64,000 nucleotides of DNA from Bacteroidales bacterium. Its GTDB lineage: Bacteria > Bacteroidota > Bacteroidia > Bacteroidales > GCA-2748055. Location: assembly GCA_021740585.1 (NCBI GenBank), contig JAIOZM010000005.1:5642-69641 (forward strand), written 5' to 3'. Shown in pieces: positions 31,632-43,200 of this stretch. The translations under genes and the position numbers were made by a program. Every line of letters starts with the position of its first letter. Position 1 is the stretch's first letter. The notes under the pieces are model-generated. The model ran no database searches. It had not been told where the DNA came from and saw nothing but the letters and a program-made list of their open reading frames with translations.

Positions 31632-31660
31632 ATATTTTTACCTGACTCCAATAATATTAA

Positions 31661-34600
31661 ATGTTAAGATACAAATCTATATTGTTTCTATTTCTAATCT
31701 TATCAGCATTAAGAATACAGGTGCTGGATGCACAGCTATATATTAACGAGTTCTCAGCATCTAATTCAAGTCTGATTCTGGATCCCGAATTTGGTGATGA
31801 TGCCGATTGGGTAGAGATTTATAATGCTGGAACAAGTCCGGTGAATTTATTGAATTATTACCTGAGCGATAACCTGAGTCAGCCCGGAAAATGGCAGATT
31901 AAGGTCGAAGCAACCATTTTTCCAAAAGATTTCATTCTTATCTGGGCCGATGGAAAGGATACTCTCCTGCACACAAGTTACGGATTTTCAAAGCTTGGAG
32001 AGCAAATTGGTTTATACACCCCATTATTGGAAGTGGTTGATACCATTAGTTTTGGTTCCCAGAATGTGAATATTTCCTATGGGAGGAAACCCGATGGGAA
32101 TACTGAATGGGGCTATTTTACAGAGCCTACCCCGGGTTCAACAAATTCGGCTAGTTCATTCGCAGGGGTGGTCGAGGCAATTCCTGATTTCTCTGTGTCG
32201 GGTGGAATTTTCCATGGCGACCTGAGTCTCGAACTATCTTCAGTGCTGGGAGGAACAATCAGATACACCCGCGATGGTTCAAAACCTGATATAAATTCTC
32301 TGGAATATACAAGCCCAATCTCAATAAACACAAATTCTGTAATCAGAGCCAGAGTTTTTAATCCCGATTTTATTCCGGGTGGTGTTATTACCCATTCCTA
32401 TTTCATGGATGATAATTTTAAAATCCGGAACCTGCCGATTATTTCTTTAGCAACCGAACCTGAGAATTTCTGGGATAGCGAAACCGGTATCTATGTTCAG
32501 GATTTTAAACCCGATTGGGAAGTCCCTGTAAATATTGAATTATTTGAAAATAATGGAAGCGATCGCGCGGCCTTCAACCTGGAAGCCGGAACAAAAGTGA
32601 ATGGTCTGTATTCCTGGCAATTGCCACAAAAAATGCTTGGTATTTATTTTAGAAATCAATATGGAAGCGGGAGTCTGGATTACCAATTAATTTTTGAGAA
32701 AGACAGATCGCGATATGAAAATTTTGCATTAAGAGCTTCGGGAAGCGATTGGAGTTATTCTCTTTTCAGGGATATATTGGGTCAGAATGCCATGGAACAG
32801 GGAATGGATAATGATTTTATGGCTTACCGGCCGGGAATAGTATTTGTAAACGGACAATATATGGGTATCCATAATATCAGGGAGAAGGTAGATGAGGATT
32901 ATATAGTGGGAAATCATTCAATGCTATCGGGAGAATTCGATCTGATAGAAAATGAGGATTTTGCTGAACATGGAGATCTGATTGCTTTCAACAAATTTCT
33001 CAGCCTCCTGAGTAAAGATCTTTCCATTCAATCAAATTATGATGAGGTGGCTGCTGTAATGGATATTGAAAATTTCACAGATTATGTAATCACCGAAATG
33101 GCTACAGGTAATACATCCATCGATCATAATGTAATGACTTGGAAACCTAAATCTTATGGAAAATGGAAATGGGTATTAATGGATCTGGATCGGGGCTTCT
33201 TCAATCCTTCCTCTAATCTGATCGATTTTTACCTTCGGCAGGGAAGTCTGCCATTCAAAGAATTAATGCAAAATGATGGCTATAAATCCTATTTTGGTCA
33301 GCGTCTTGCCGATCGGCTAATTACAACATTCAATCCGGCTCAGATGAACGATTTGATTGATAAACATAAAAAAGATATTGAAGTTGAAATTCCATATCAT
33401 ATTGATCGTTGGCTGGGTACTACATCCTCCTATGGAAATGCCATTCCATCTGTTGATTATTGGAATAGTCAGGTTGAAAGACTCAGAACTTTTGTTAATC
33501 AAAGGCCGGGTTTTTTAATAAATGATTTGCAGAATTATGGTTTTAACCCCGGAGCCACACTTTCGGTTTATTTGAGCCCAGAAAATGCTGGAAGTATCTC
33601 TCTCAATGGCATTCAGGTTTCCGGTGAGTATATCAATTCTCAATACCCAATCGGTCTGGATCTTAGCTTTGTGGCTGATAATAAACCCGGATATAATTTT
33701 GTTGGCTGGAAAAGTGCCATCACGAAAAGTATTATTCCCAAGGGGAGTTCGTGGAAATTCCTTGATGATGGAACCGATCAGGGAAAGAATTGGACCGCTT
33801 CCAATTTTGATGATATTTTGTGGAAGGAGGGAGTTGCTGAGTTGGGTTATGGGGATGGTGACGAAGCCACTTTATTAGATTATGGCGGGGATGTAAGTAA
33901 CAAACATATTTGTTATTATTTTAGAAAATCTTTTGTCCTCACAGCATCTGATATGCTGGCTTATCGATTCATTTTAAAAGTTTTACACGATGATGGAATT
34001 GTTGTCTATGTAAACGGATCGGAAGTTTTACGTTCAAATATGCCCTCCGGAAGCATCGATTATTTAAGCACAGCAACAAGTTCTGTTGATGGAATTGCTG
34101 AGTCGGAATTTTCGCAATACCTGTTAGAATCCGATTTTTTTAATGAAGGGGAGAATATTCTGGCAGTTGAGGTTCATCAAAGGGCTGCAAATAGCAGTGA
34201 TGTAAGTTTCAATCTTGAGTTATTGGGTCAGATGGGAGGAAGCTCCGAATACCTGTCTGCTAATAATATTTTGAACTTTCAGATGACAGAAGCAACAAAC
34301 CTTATTGCAGCTTACGAACCATCCGGGGTATGTATTATTCCTGACACAATTAGAACAGATTTTGTTTTGAATGCCAATTGTTCCCCCTGGTATGCCCGTG
34401 GAGATGTAGTAGTTTTAGCAGGTGCAAAACTTAGCATAGAGCCCGGTGTGGAGGTTCTGATGCCGGAGGAGGCAAGCATTTTTGTGCATGGGAGTATTCT
34501 GGCTCAGGGTACAGAGAGCCATCCTATAAATTTCAGTCTGAATCCCGACTATGCAGGGAGCAATTGGGGAGCAATTTGCTTTATAAACAGTTCAGATACT

Positions 34601-36163
34601 TCCTCACTAGCGTATATAAATATGGAAGACGCTTCTCATGGGCCGGAATTATACAATGCAGTGGCTGCAATTTCGGCTTTTAATGCTAAGCTTACACTCG
34701 ATCATATAATAATCGAGAAAGTGGCAGGGAATCCTGTTACAGCCAGATATTCTGATCTTGTAATCACGAACAGTAAATTTCATTCTGAAATTACAGGCGA
34801 TTTGGTAAATATGAAATACGGCACGGGCAGGATTGAAAATTGCTTCTTTGAAGGCAATCAAATGCAGGATACGGATGCAATTGACTATGATGGAATTGAG
34901 AATGGAGTAATAAGGAATTGTATTATACAAAATTTTTTCGGTATAAACAGCGACGGGATTGATATCGGTGAGGCAGCAAAAAATGTCATCATAGAAAATA
35001 ATTTTATTTATAATATTACGGATAAAGGAATATCGCTGGGACAGAAATCAACGGCTTTTGTTCAGAATAATATTTTCATGAATAGCAATCTTGGACTGGG
35101 TGTGAAAGATTCAAGTCATGTAATGGTAAATAAATGTACCTTCTACAATGTAGGTACTCCCATAGCATGTTTTGAGAAGAATAAAGGAAGTGCCGGAGGA
35201 AATGCAGTTGTCCTTAATAGTATTTTATCCAATTCCGGTATTGCTACCTACTCATCAGACAAGAGATCAACATTACGTATTGCCTATAGCATCTCCGATA
35301 ATGACACCCTCTTTGAAGGCAATAATAATCTGTACGGTGATCCACTGTTTACCAATCCTACCTACTTCGATTTTAATGTCAAAGCAAATTCTCCTTGTAA
35401 AGGTTTAGGAGAATATTTGGGTGAATCGACAGATATTGGAGCGGTTCTCGAAGCTTACAATGGTGATCCTCCGGTAATGATTACCGGGATTTATTATTTC
35501 ACAGCTTCAATCTTCGACCAATCAGAGTTTATTACTCTTTTTAATCCGTCTTATTCTCCGGTTGATCTTTCAGGTTACATTATTCAGGATGCAATCGATT
35601 ATACCTTTCCCGATGGTGAAGAATTAGGATCCTTAAAAACAATGTATATTGCAAAAAGTATTAATTCGGCTACTTTTAATTTTGAACCGATAAATATTTT
35701 TCAGTGGGCGGCAGGTAATCTGGCGAATGAAGGGGAGGTGATAGTTCTTCGTGACAGGAATGGCATTATTATAGATAAGGTTGAATACAATACACAGCTT
35801 CCATGGCCAATTCTTCACGATACTGGAAGCATAATCGTTCTCATCGATTATAATCTTGACAATCATTTTGGCAAAAACTGGAGCGTAAAAAGTACGAAAG
35901 AGCTTTCTGTTTTAAAAACTAAAAACAATCAATTTTCATTGAAGATTTATCCTAATCCTGCCAATGAAATTGTAAATGTTAATATTGGGAATCCTTCTGC
36001 TGAAATGGTTTATCTGATGGATATGTCAGGAAGTCTGTTATGGTCGGGAAAAACAACTAGTGAAGGCGAAGCAAGGATTGATGTTAGCAGTTTACAGAAT
36101 GGCATGTATATTATTAAGGCCGGATATAAAACAGGCAGGCTTATTGTTCAGGGTGTAGATTGA
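31661..36163 (+). CDS. CotH kinase family protein with lamin-tail, Fn3-associated, beta-helix and T9SS CTD domains
   Basis: LYINEFSASN..DWVEIYN (LTD), IRYTRDGSKP, FVNGQYMGIHNIREK and KWKWVLMDLDRG (CotH), DTDAIDYDG/DKGISLG (beta-helix), KIYPNPA CTD. Confidence 0.88.
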   Translation: MLRYKSILFLFLILSALRIQVLDAQLYINEFSASNSSLILDPEFGDDADWVEIYNAGTSPVNLLNYYLSDNLSQPGKWQIKVEATIFPKDFILIWADGKDTLLHTSYGFSKLGEQIGLYTPLLEVVDTISFGSQNVNISYGRKPDGNTEWGYFTEPTPGSTNSASSFAGVVEAIPDFSVSGGIFHGDLSLELSSVLGGTIRYTRDGSKPDINSLEYTSPISINTNSVIRARVFNPDFIPGGVITHSYFMDDNFKIRNLPIISLATEPENFWDSETGIYVQDFKPDWEVPVNIELFENNGSDRAAFNLEAGTKVNGLYSWQLPQKMLGIYFRNQYGSGSLDYQLIFEKDRSRYENFALRASGSDWSYSLFRDILGQNAMEQGMDNDFMAYRPGIVFVNGQYMGIHNIREKVDEDYIVGNHSMLSGEFDLIENEDFAEHGDLIAFNKFLSLLSKDLSIQSNYDEVAAVMDIENFTDYVITEMATGNTSIDHNVMTWKPKSYGKWKWVLMDLDRGFFNPSSNLIDFYLRQGSLPFKELMQNDGYKSYFGQRLADRLITTFNPAQMNDLIDKHKKDIEVEIPYHIDRWLGTTSSYGNAIPSVDYWNSQVERLRTFVNQRPGFLINDLQNYGFNPGATLSVYLSPENAGSISLNGIQVSGEYINSQYPIGLDLSFVADNKPGYNFVGWKSAITKSIIPKGSSWKFLDDGTDQGKNWTASNFDDILWKEGVAELGYGDGDEATLLDYGGDVSNKHICYYFRKSFVLTASDMLAYRFILKVLHDDGIVVYVNGSEVLRSNMPSGSIDYLSTATSSVDGIAESEFSQYLLESDFFNEGENILAVEVHQRAANSSDVSFNLELLGQMGGSSEYLSANNILNFQMTEATNLIAAYEPSGVCIIPDTIRTDFVLNANCSPWYARGDVVVLAGAKLSIEPGVEVLMPEEASIFVHGSILAQGTESHPINFSLNPDYAGSNWGAICFINSSDTSSLAYINMEDASHGPELYNAVAAISAFNAKLTLDHIIIEKVAGNPVTARYSDLVITNSKFHSEITGDLVNMKYGTGRIENCFFEGNQMQDTDAIDYDGIENGVIRNCIIQNFFGINSDGIDIGEAAKNVIIENNFIYNITDKGISLGQKSTAFVQNNIFMNSNLGLGVKDSSHVMVNKCTFYNVGTPIACFEKNKGSAGGNAVVLNSILSNSGIATYSSDKRSTLRIAYSISDNDTLFEGNNNLYGDPLFTNPTYFDFNVKANSPCKGLGEYLGESTDIGAVLEAYNGDPPVMITGIYYFTASIFDQSEFITLFNPSYSPVDLSGYIIQDAIDYTFPDGEELGSLKTMYIAKSINSATFNFEPINIFQWAAGNLANEGEVIVLRDRNGIIIDKVEYNTQLPWPILHDTGSIIVLIDYNLDNHFGKNWSVKSTKELSVLKTKNNQFSLKIYPNPANEIVNVNIGNPSAEMVYLMDMSGSLLWSGKTTSEGEARIDVSSLQNGMYIIKAGYKTGRLIVQGVD

Positions 36164-36170
36164 ATAGAAT

Positions 36171-36199
36171 AAAAAAACCCGGGATCAATGTCCCGGGTT
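36171..36199 (-). terminator. Rho-independent terminator (possibly bidirectional)
   Basis: A7 followed by the stem aacccggga-tcaatg-tcccgggtt, between convergent genes. Confidence 0.75.
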
Positions 36200-36248
36200 G
36201 GTTGGAAAGAGGACTTTCCTATTAAATCCTAATCTGAGATTTTCAGTT

Positions 36249-37088
36249 TTAATTGCGATGTCCGAGGGTGATTTCGGTAGTTAAATCATCAATGGTCACT
36301 TCTGCAACATTATCGCAAGTGCCTTCGCCATAGTTAATATAAATAGACGAACCTCCATCAATGTCAATGGTAACAATTCCTGAAACCGGAAACATACTGC
36401 ATCTCATATAATGCAATTCCTCAGTTATACTAGCGGTAAAAGCCTTTCCTTCAAAATTAACACCACTTGCACCACCGGCAACCATGTATTCGTCATCTGC
36501 TGCAATAAATGTTTCATATCCATTAATCATTTCAACATTACGATTGCTTTCCCAGGTCATGGTTGCAGTGTCGCCTTGTGAATAGCTTGCGTTTACACAA
36601 CTTCTTTCGAATGTAAGATTTTGCATATCATTGAGACCAGTGTTTAAAATGGTTCTGGTTCCTTCCAGTTTATTCCCGTTTATTGTAAAGTCCTCGTATG
36701 TGATGGTTCTTGAAGAGCCCTCATTTTTCCAATAGCCGGTAAGGAGAACATTTACAGCGCCTAATTTTGTATTACCAAAGAAATCTACACAATCTTCATT
36801 AGTATAGCTAAACGTCCATGATCGTGGCCAGAATTCAGCAGTTCCATTATCATGTACGGTAACTTCAAAACAAGGCACATAATCTAAAGCTGCGGCTGAT
36901 TTTAATCCATCATCTGCAGTGGCATCATCAATTTCTGCCAGATCCATTATTCCCAGAATGGAAGTGTAATCGGAGGCAGTTGTAATATTGTTGTTTGTTT
37001 TCTCAACATTGTCCTGATCACAAGAAGTAAATGAGAAGCTTATCGCAAATATCCCAAGGATAAATAAAGAAATTTTTGAATTTTTCAT
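36249..37088 (-). CDS. Hypothetical lipoprotein (beta-rich, probably surface exposed)
   Basis: Lipobox FTSC followed by acidic DQDNVE; NYGEGTCDNVA; start at ATG 37088. Confidence 0.75.
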   Translation of the reverse strand: MKNSKISLFILGIFAISFSFTSCDQDNVEKTNNNITTASDYTSILGIMDLAEIDDATADDGLKSAAALDYVPCFEVTVHDNGTAEFWPRSWTFSYTNEDCVDFFGNTKLGAVNVLLTGYWKNEGSSRTITYEDFTINGNKLEGTRTILNTGLNDMQNLTFERSCVNASYSQGDTATMTWESNRNVEMINGYETFIAADDEYMVAGGASGVNFEGKAFTASITEELHYMRCSMFPVSGIVTIDIDGGSSIYINYGEGTCDNVAEVTIDDLTTEITLGHRN

Positions 37089-37226
37089 AATTGTAAAAGT
37101 TAAGTTATTACTACATCTTTTTAGGGTAAGCAAATTTCACCCTTCTTCATTTTTATACATGCAAAGATGTAGCTTCTTATCTGTGTTCTGTTACAGAATT
37201 TTTACAAAGAATTATATAATTTAGTA

Positions 37227-37320
37227 GTTCGACTAATTTCGACTTCGCTCAATACTCCGCGCTCAATACCCCCCACTCAATTTGCGCCCCAAGCGTATTC
37301 CTCTGCGTCCTAAGCGGTTA
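37227..37320. repeat. Cluster of degenerate REP-like motifs
   Basis: ttcgac...ttcgacttcgctcaatac-tccgc-gctcaatac, then ctctgcgtcctaagcggtt. Confidence 0.5.
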
Positions 37321-37390
37321 AATTTTCTAATTCAATTTGAAATATCATCTCTCATTTCTTTACTAATTGCTCACCGCTCACCACTCCTCC

Positions 37391-38311
37391 CTACTTCAAT
37401 CCCGCTATTACTTCCTTATAAAATTTCTCAACTTTCACAATTGGATCGCCTGCACCCAAAGTCTCTATGGGCAAGTAGCCTTTATAGTCAGAATTGGCAA
37501 TAATATCCTTAATCTTATTTAGATCAACGGGCGTTTCAACCTGATTGATAAATACATTTTCTTTAAGTTGCCAGTTGATTGCATATTTTATTGTTTGAGC
37601 AATTTCAATATATGGATCGGCAGTTCGGTAACATCCGATATCAAGCATTAGTCCAACCCACTCATGATTTATCAGTTCCAATAAGCTACTTACTTCTTTC
37701 GCAGTTTTTAGAAAGTCGTTATGATTCTGAACCTCAATCATTACCCCATGGGCTTTCCCGAATTCAGCACACTCAATAATATCTTCAGCCACCCATTTGG
37801 CGACCTCGTCCCAGGAGTAATTCTCAGGAATAGCTTTTCCTGTAAATATCCTTATGGCAGGAGCGCCTAATTTTTCAGCTACAATGATCCAGTTTTTGAC
37901 CAGCTCTTTTTCTTTCTTACGTTGCTCAGGATCGGCATAGCAGAAGTCATTTTTTACTCCGGTACCGCAAATATCCAGACCCAGTTCAAAGGCTCTTTTT
38001 TTAATGCTATAAATGTATTCATCGCTTGGCGGGGCAGGGTATCCCGGGAAATAATATCCGGTTAGATCTGCCGCTTCAATTCCCAACTCTGAACAAAAAC
38101 TCAGCACATCAAAAAGATCCATACTTCCGTCTTTAAGAGGATTATTGAAAGAATAGGCATTCAGCGCAATTTTATTTCGGAGTCCGGGATTGGCTTGTTC
38201 CTCATTTGCATTTTGTTCTGCTGTGTTGCACGACTGAGTCAAAGCAACAAAGATTAATCCGAGTAGCATAGTTAAACTTGCGAAATTTCGACGATGATTT
38301 TTTGATTTCAT
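37391..38311 (-). CDS. Sugar phosphate isomerase/epimerase (AP endonuclease 2 TIM barrel), lipoprotein
   Basis: Lipobox TQSC, ALNAYSF, DLTGYYFPGYP, QNHNDF, LMLDIG and GYLPIETLG. Confidence 0.87.
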   Translation of the reverse strand: MKSKNHRRNFASLTMLLGLIFVALTQSCNTAEQNANEEQANPGLRNKIALNAYSFNNPLKDGSMDLFDVLSFCSELGIEAADLTGYYFPGYPAPPSDEYIYSIKKRAFELGLDICGTGVKNDFCYADPEQRKKEKELVKNWIIVAEKLGAPAIRIFTGKAIPENYSWDEVAKWVAEDIIECAEFGKAHGVMIEVQNHNDFLKTAKEVSSLLELINHEWVGLMLDIGCYRTADPYIEIAQTIKYAINWQLKENVFINQVETPVDLNKIKDIIANSDYKGYLPIETLGAGDPIVKVEKFYKEVIAGLK

Positions 38312-38335
38312 ACTATTCTGTTTTAGAGGGTAATT

Positions 38336-39319
38336 TTATAATGAATTTATTTTCTGTATCAGATTTTCCGGGATATCAATCCCGTTTTTTAAATTTTCCA
38401 TTCTGTTTTTCATAACTCTTTTCCCGGGATAGCCAACCTCAGCATTGTTAAATTGAATAAATTCGAGGGTTTCATTAATCAGGGTTTCCCTGGCTTCTTC
38501 ACTAAAAAACTTTTCGATATTTATTGCAATGAAAACCTGCGATAAGCTGGTTTCGATATCTTTTTCACCGATTTGTTTTGAGGTCTTACCTCCTGAAAGA
38601 ATGGCGGCAGCGAGATCGAGCACGATAGCCATGGCGCTGCCTTTCCACAAACCGGTGGGTAAAATTCTTTGAGACTCCAGAATTTCTGCAGGGTTCTTTG
38701 TAAGTTCACCTTTGCTGTTATATCCACCAAAATCGGAAAGATCTTTTCCCATCCTCGTCATCCACTCCAGCTTCCCATAGGCAAACTGACTCATGGCCAT
38801 ATCGAGCACAATGGGGCCATTCTTATGAGGAATGGCAAACACGAAAGGATTATTACCAATATTAGAAATTTCTCCTCCCCAGGCGGGCATATTTGGAATG
38901 GTATTCGTCCATCCGATTAACATAAATCCTTTTTCCGCAACTTTTCGGCCGTAGGTTCCGGCCCGCATCCAGTGATTTGTGTTTTGGAGTCCTACTAGCC
39001 CGATCCCATTTTCCATGGCGAGCTCAACTGCTCTGTTGCTGGCATGAAGGGCGTTTAAAATTCCCGGTCCCAGATTCCCGTTCCACTGTTCAAAGGCACC
39101 AAATGCATTAACTAAGGAAGGTTTTTCAGAAATTTTGACGATGGTTTTTTTTACAAAGTCAATAAATAAAGGAAAGCGATTTATGCCATGGGAAAAAACT
39201 CCGTCGAAGGTACTTTCTGTGAAGATTTCAGAAATTATATCGGAATCGATGGAAGAAAAGCCATATTTAATGAGCTTTCCATTTAGTAATTCTTTTAATT
39301 GGGAGTACAATAATTTCAT
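38336..39319 (-). CDS. yiaK: 3-dehydro-L-gulonate 2-dehydrogenase (Ldh_2 family)
   Basis: DGVFSHGINRFP, NTNHWMRAGTYG, WTNTIPNMPAWG, GNNP, LDMAMSQF and WKGS; start at ATG 39319. Confidence 0.9.
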   Translation of the reverse strand: MKLLYSQLKELLNGKLIKYGFSSIDSDIISEIFTESTFDGVFSHGINRFPLFIDFVKKTIVKISEKPSLVNAFGAFEQWNGNLGPGILNALHASNRAVELAMENGIGLVGLQNTNHWMRAGTYGRKVAEKGFMLIGWTNTIPNMPAWGGEISNIGNNPFVFAIPHKNGPIVLDMAMSQFAYGKLEWMTRMGKDLSDFGGYNSKGELTKNPAEILESQRILPTGLWKGSAMAIVLDLAAAILSGGKTSKQIGEKDIETSLSQVFIAINIEKFFSEEARETLINETLEFIQFNNAEVGYPGKRVMKNRMENLKNGIDIPENLIQKINSL

Positions 39320-39398
39320 AACGGAAGCAAGATACAAAAAAGCTGGGTTTGCCTTTAGCGATTTTATTATAATTATTTTGTTTTGGGATTTTAGAAAA

Positions 39399-39480
39399 AT
39401 ACCACGAAGGCACGGATTACATGGAGAAACACGGATAAAAATCTCTGTGGCACTCTTTGTAATCCGTGCCTCCGTGGTAT
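39399..39480. repeat. Long inverted repeat (REP/MITE-like hairpin)
   Basis: ataccacgaaggcacggattaca ... tgtaatccgtgcctccgtggtat; 23-bp arms with 1 mismatch. Confidence 0.8.
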
Positions 39481-39510
39481 TCTTTATAAAGGCAGGATAG
39501 TGTACTAGCG

Positions 39511-40074
39511 CTAAAACCCCGGTTTAACATTCCCCTGCGCAAATCCCACCACCTTTTCTATCCTGTTATCCCTTGTAGTCTTTTGTTTTGCCCGGTTAAT
39601 CCAATTTATATATCTATTTCTTATGGAAATTGAGTAATTGAAAAAATTAGTACAAGCAGTTTTATCCCTATTAAGAGCCTGAAGCAATTCGTCAGGCACT
39701 GCTTCCTCTTTTTTTGAGCTGTAAGCCATTTGCCACGTTCCCGATTTTTTTCCTTCCTCCACTTTCTCTAAGCCTGCCTTTTTCATCCGGCCTTCCCCGA
39801 TCATTTTCTCTACTCTTTTAACGTTCAGAAGAGACCATACACTATTTTTCTTCCTGGGAGTATATTTTTGTCTGTAGATGTTTTCATCCACCCGATTAAT
39901 TTTGGAATCAATCCAACCAAAACACAAGGCTTCTTCAACGGCTTCATCGTATGTAACCGAGGCTTTCCCACTGTTCTTTTTGTAATAACCGAGCCAGATT
40001 TCTGTTGCAGTTTTGTGATTTATCTCAAGCCAGGCTCGCCATTCTTCCCGGTCTATGAAAAGTTGAAAGTCCAT
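39511..40074 (-). CDS. YdeI/OmpD-associated family protein
   Basis: WRAWLEINH, EIWLGYYKK, AVEEALCFGWIDS, TPRKKNSVWS and AKQKTTRDNRI; start at ATG 40074. Confidence 0.92.
   Translation of the reverse strand: MDFQLFIDREEWRAWLEINHKTATEIWLGYYKKNSGKASVTYDEAVEEALCFGWIDSKINRVDENIYRQKYTPRKKNSVWSLLNVKRVEKMIGEGRMKKAGLEKVEEGKKSGTWQMAYSSKKEEAVPDELLQALNRDKTACTNFFNYSISIRNRYINWINRAKQKTTRDNRIEKVVGFAQGNVKPGF
39989..40074. repeat. 86-bp direct repeat, left copy (5' end of the ydeI-like gene)
   Basis: Identical by eye to 54785-54870 (ccgagccagatttctg...gaaagtccat). Confidence 0.92.
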
Positions 40075-40257
40075 TGCTGTTATTTTTATTGCAAGATACA
40101 AAAAAGGGGCAAAGTTGGATTTCAACAGCATATTTTCTGTTATAATTGGGAATGTCATTTACAGTGGTTCATGGTTTTTTTTGCTCAGAAGTTTTCAAAA
40201 TAACATCTATTGACTTGTATTTCAGTATTTTGTATATTTGATATAGAATATTGAAAA

Positions 40258-43200
40258 ATGCTTATGGTCTACCAAAAAGCACCATTGTTTTCTCTCTGGA
40301 GTTGCCTTAATAAGGCAGGGTGTTTGAGCGCTTTTCTGCTTCTGTTCTGTTTCCAAAATTCTTTCCCTCAGTATCCAGAAAAACTTTATGGTCCGGAAGA
40401 GGGCCTTAGCCACTCCACTGTACTTGACATAAATCGGGATGAAAATGGGTTTATTTGGGTCTTTACCTTGAAAGGACTTTGCCGGTTCGATGGGTATCAT
40501 TTTAAGGAGTATAAAGTTCTGAATAAAGACCTTGTAACAGATATAAAAGGAATGGGATGCTTTATTAAAGATTCAAAAAACCGTTTATGGATTAGAAGTA
40601 GCCCAAATTTATTGAGCGTTTATAATTCTGAAAAGGACAAAATAGAGACTTTGAGTGATAGTGTCGACTATTATGTTTCATTTGGAGAATATAATACTGA
40701 TATATGGGCCATTGGTATTAATTCTATTATAAATTTTCAAGAATCTGAAGCCTTTTATTTTACATCAACGAATTATTCATTACCTGAAGAAACAGGTATT
40801 ATATATAGAATTTTACCACAGGTTGATGGCAGTCTTATCACAATTACCGAAAACGGTCTGTTTATATTAAAGCCCTTTGAGAATAATTTTCAGGTACAAA
40901 AACTCACTTCTTTGGTAAATGGATTACCCAATATTCATATAGATATTTCTTCAAAGTTTATTGAAATTAATCAAATTCTATATCTGACGAATGCAAGAGG
41001 TATTTATAAAACTAATATCCATTTAAATCATTCTGCTTTTGCCGATTCCGTCGTTTATCTTGATTTAATTACTATGGATTTCCCTGAGCTTGGCATCGAC
41101 CCAGAACAACCTATATATGCTGTGGTTGAAGGAGAAAAAAATGAAATATTTATTCGCTCATTGAATGGCATTTACAAGTACAATTTTTTTAATGACAATA
41201 TGAAAAGAATAAAAGAAGAGTATTATGGAATTTCAGATATGGGAGAAGGAGAATTCAGATTTGCCCTTATGTATGATTCTGATAAAATACTTTGGGCTGG
41301 GACAGATAAAGGATTATTAAAAATTGTAACTCCAAACAAGGACTTCCAGGTTATTTTGCCGGAACCTGAAAATCCAAAAGGCCTGAAATTTGGGAAGCTA
41401 AACCAGGCAATGATTGACTCAAACGGAGACCTTTGGATTGGAACGGTTGGTGACGGGTTGTATCATTCAGTCCCCGATAAAAACAATGAATTTGTTGAAT
41501 TTGAAAATTTTAAACCTGATGGTAGTAATCAAAAAGCTCTAAACTCAACCACAATATCGGTCCTAACTGAAGATTCTAAACAAAATCTTTGGATAGGAGC
41601 AATAGATTTACAAAGTATTGGATTGAACGAAAAGACTATGATTTTCAAGAATACTCCTATAACAGATTATGTAAGGTTGCTATCTAAGCCTTTATTTCCC
41701 TCAAGCATTATTGAAGATCCTGAAGGCAACATCATTTGTATAGGTACTCCGGGTGAACTGTCAAACTGGCAATATAGACCTGATGTGGGGAAAGGATACT
41801 ATTTATATCTCGATTCAACAAAAAAACTCATTAATTGTCCAAGATTTTATCACACAAGGGACGATCAATTCTACATGTATGCGAACAAAAGCTTTTTTAA
41901 ACTAACGAATGGATGGACCTTTAAAGAGGTGGATTATATTCTGGGAAAAGAAGATTTGAAATTTAAAGAAAAAATTAATCTTAAAACTTTATTACCCTAT
42001 GCTTATCCTTCTAAAATAGATACTTTATTACGTTTCGATGAAAATAAAATAGAATTTGCAAGGTTCATCATTACTGAGAAAAGTCAGGAAATTGAATTAT
42101 GGATTAATTTCATGTATGAAAAAAAGATTTTAAGATATAGTATTAAACAACTTCTGACACAAAATGCCAATTTTAGTAATCCTGACTGGGCAAATATGGA
42201 GACTGATGAAAGTCCTCAAGGAATTAATCTTGGGGTTGTCTATGAAATGATTGAGGATAACAGTGGCAGGGTATGGTGCTCAACACAGGATGGACTGATT
42301 TCAATAAATCCCGAAACCAATCATGCATTCACATATTACATTGAAGATGGCCTTCCAACAAATAAACTATTCTGGGGAATTTCAAAAGACAACATAGGAA
42401 GAATTTTCGTATGCACGACCAATGGTCTGCTATTTTTTAATCCAGACAGTATTTCACCCGATCCTCCAGCTATGGTTAAATTAACTGAGCTTTTCCTTTT
42501 TAATGAATTAGTTGAAGTTGATGAAAATTCCATTCTAACCAGAAATATTTCTGAAACAAAGAGTTTACAGTTAAGCCATAATCAAAATTATTTAGGTTTT
42601 AAGTTTTCAGCCTTGGAATACAGGAATACAGAAAGAGTAAAGTACAGGTATAAGCTGGAAGGTGTAGATAAAGATTGGATTGAGCAGGGAAAAAGACTTC
42701 AGGCTGATTACTACAATCTGGATCCGGGAAAGTATACTTTTCATGTCATTGCGGCCAACGGGAACAATGTATGGAATAGTGAAGGAGTTTCCCTTTCTAT
42801 CCGTATCCTTTCCCCACTCTGGTTCCGATGGTGGGCTATTGTTATTGAAGCTTTGGGTCTGATTTTCATTCTCATATTTTATATAAGGTACAGGGAAAGA
42901 GAGCTGCAACAAAGGGCCATTTTACTGGAAGAAAAAGTGGATGAAAAAACCCGCGAGGTACTGGAGCAGCGTAAGGAAGTGGACGAGATGAAAAGCCGGT
43001 TTTACACCAATATTTCCCATGAATTTCGTACCCCTCTCACTTTGCTTGTTGGTCCGCTGGAAGATTCGGTAAAATCGTGCGAGGAAAATGTTCCAATGAG
43101 CAGGAAAATCCTCTGTATTATGCTTCGAAATGCCCGCAGACTCCAGCGACTCATCAACCAATTGCTGGATATTTCAAAAATTGAATCCGGAACAATGGAG

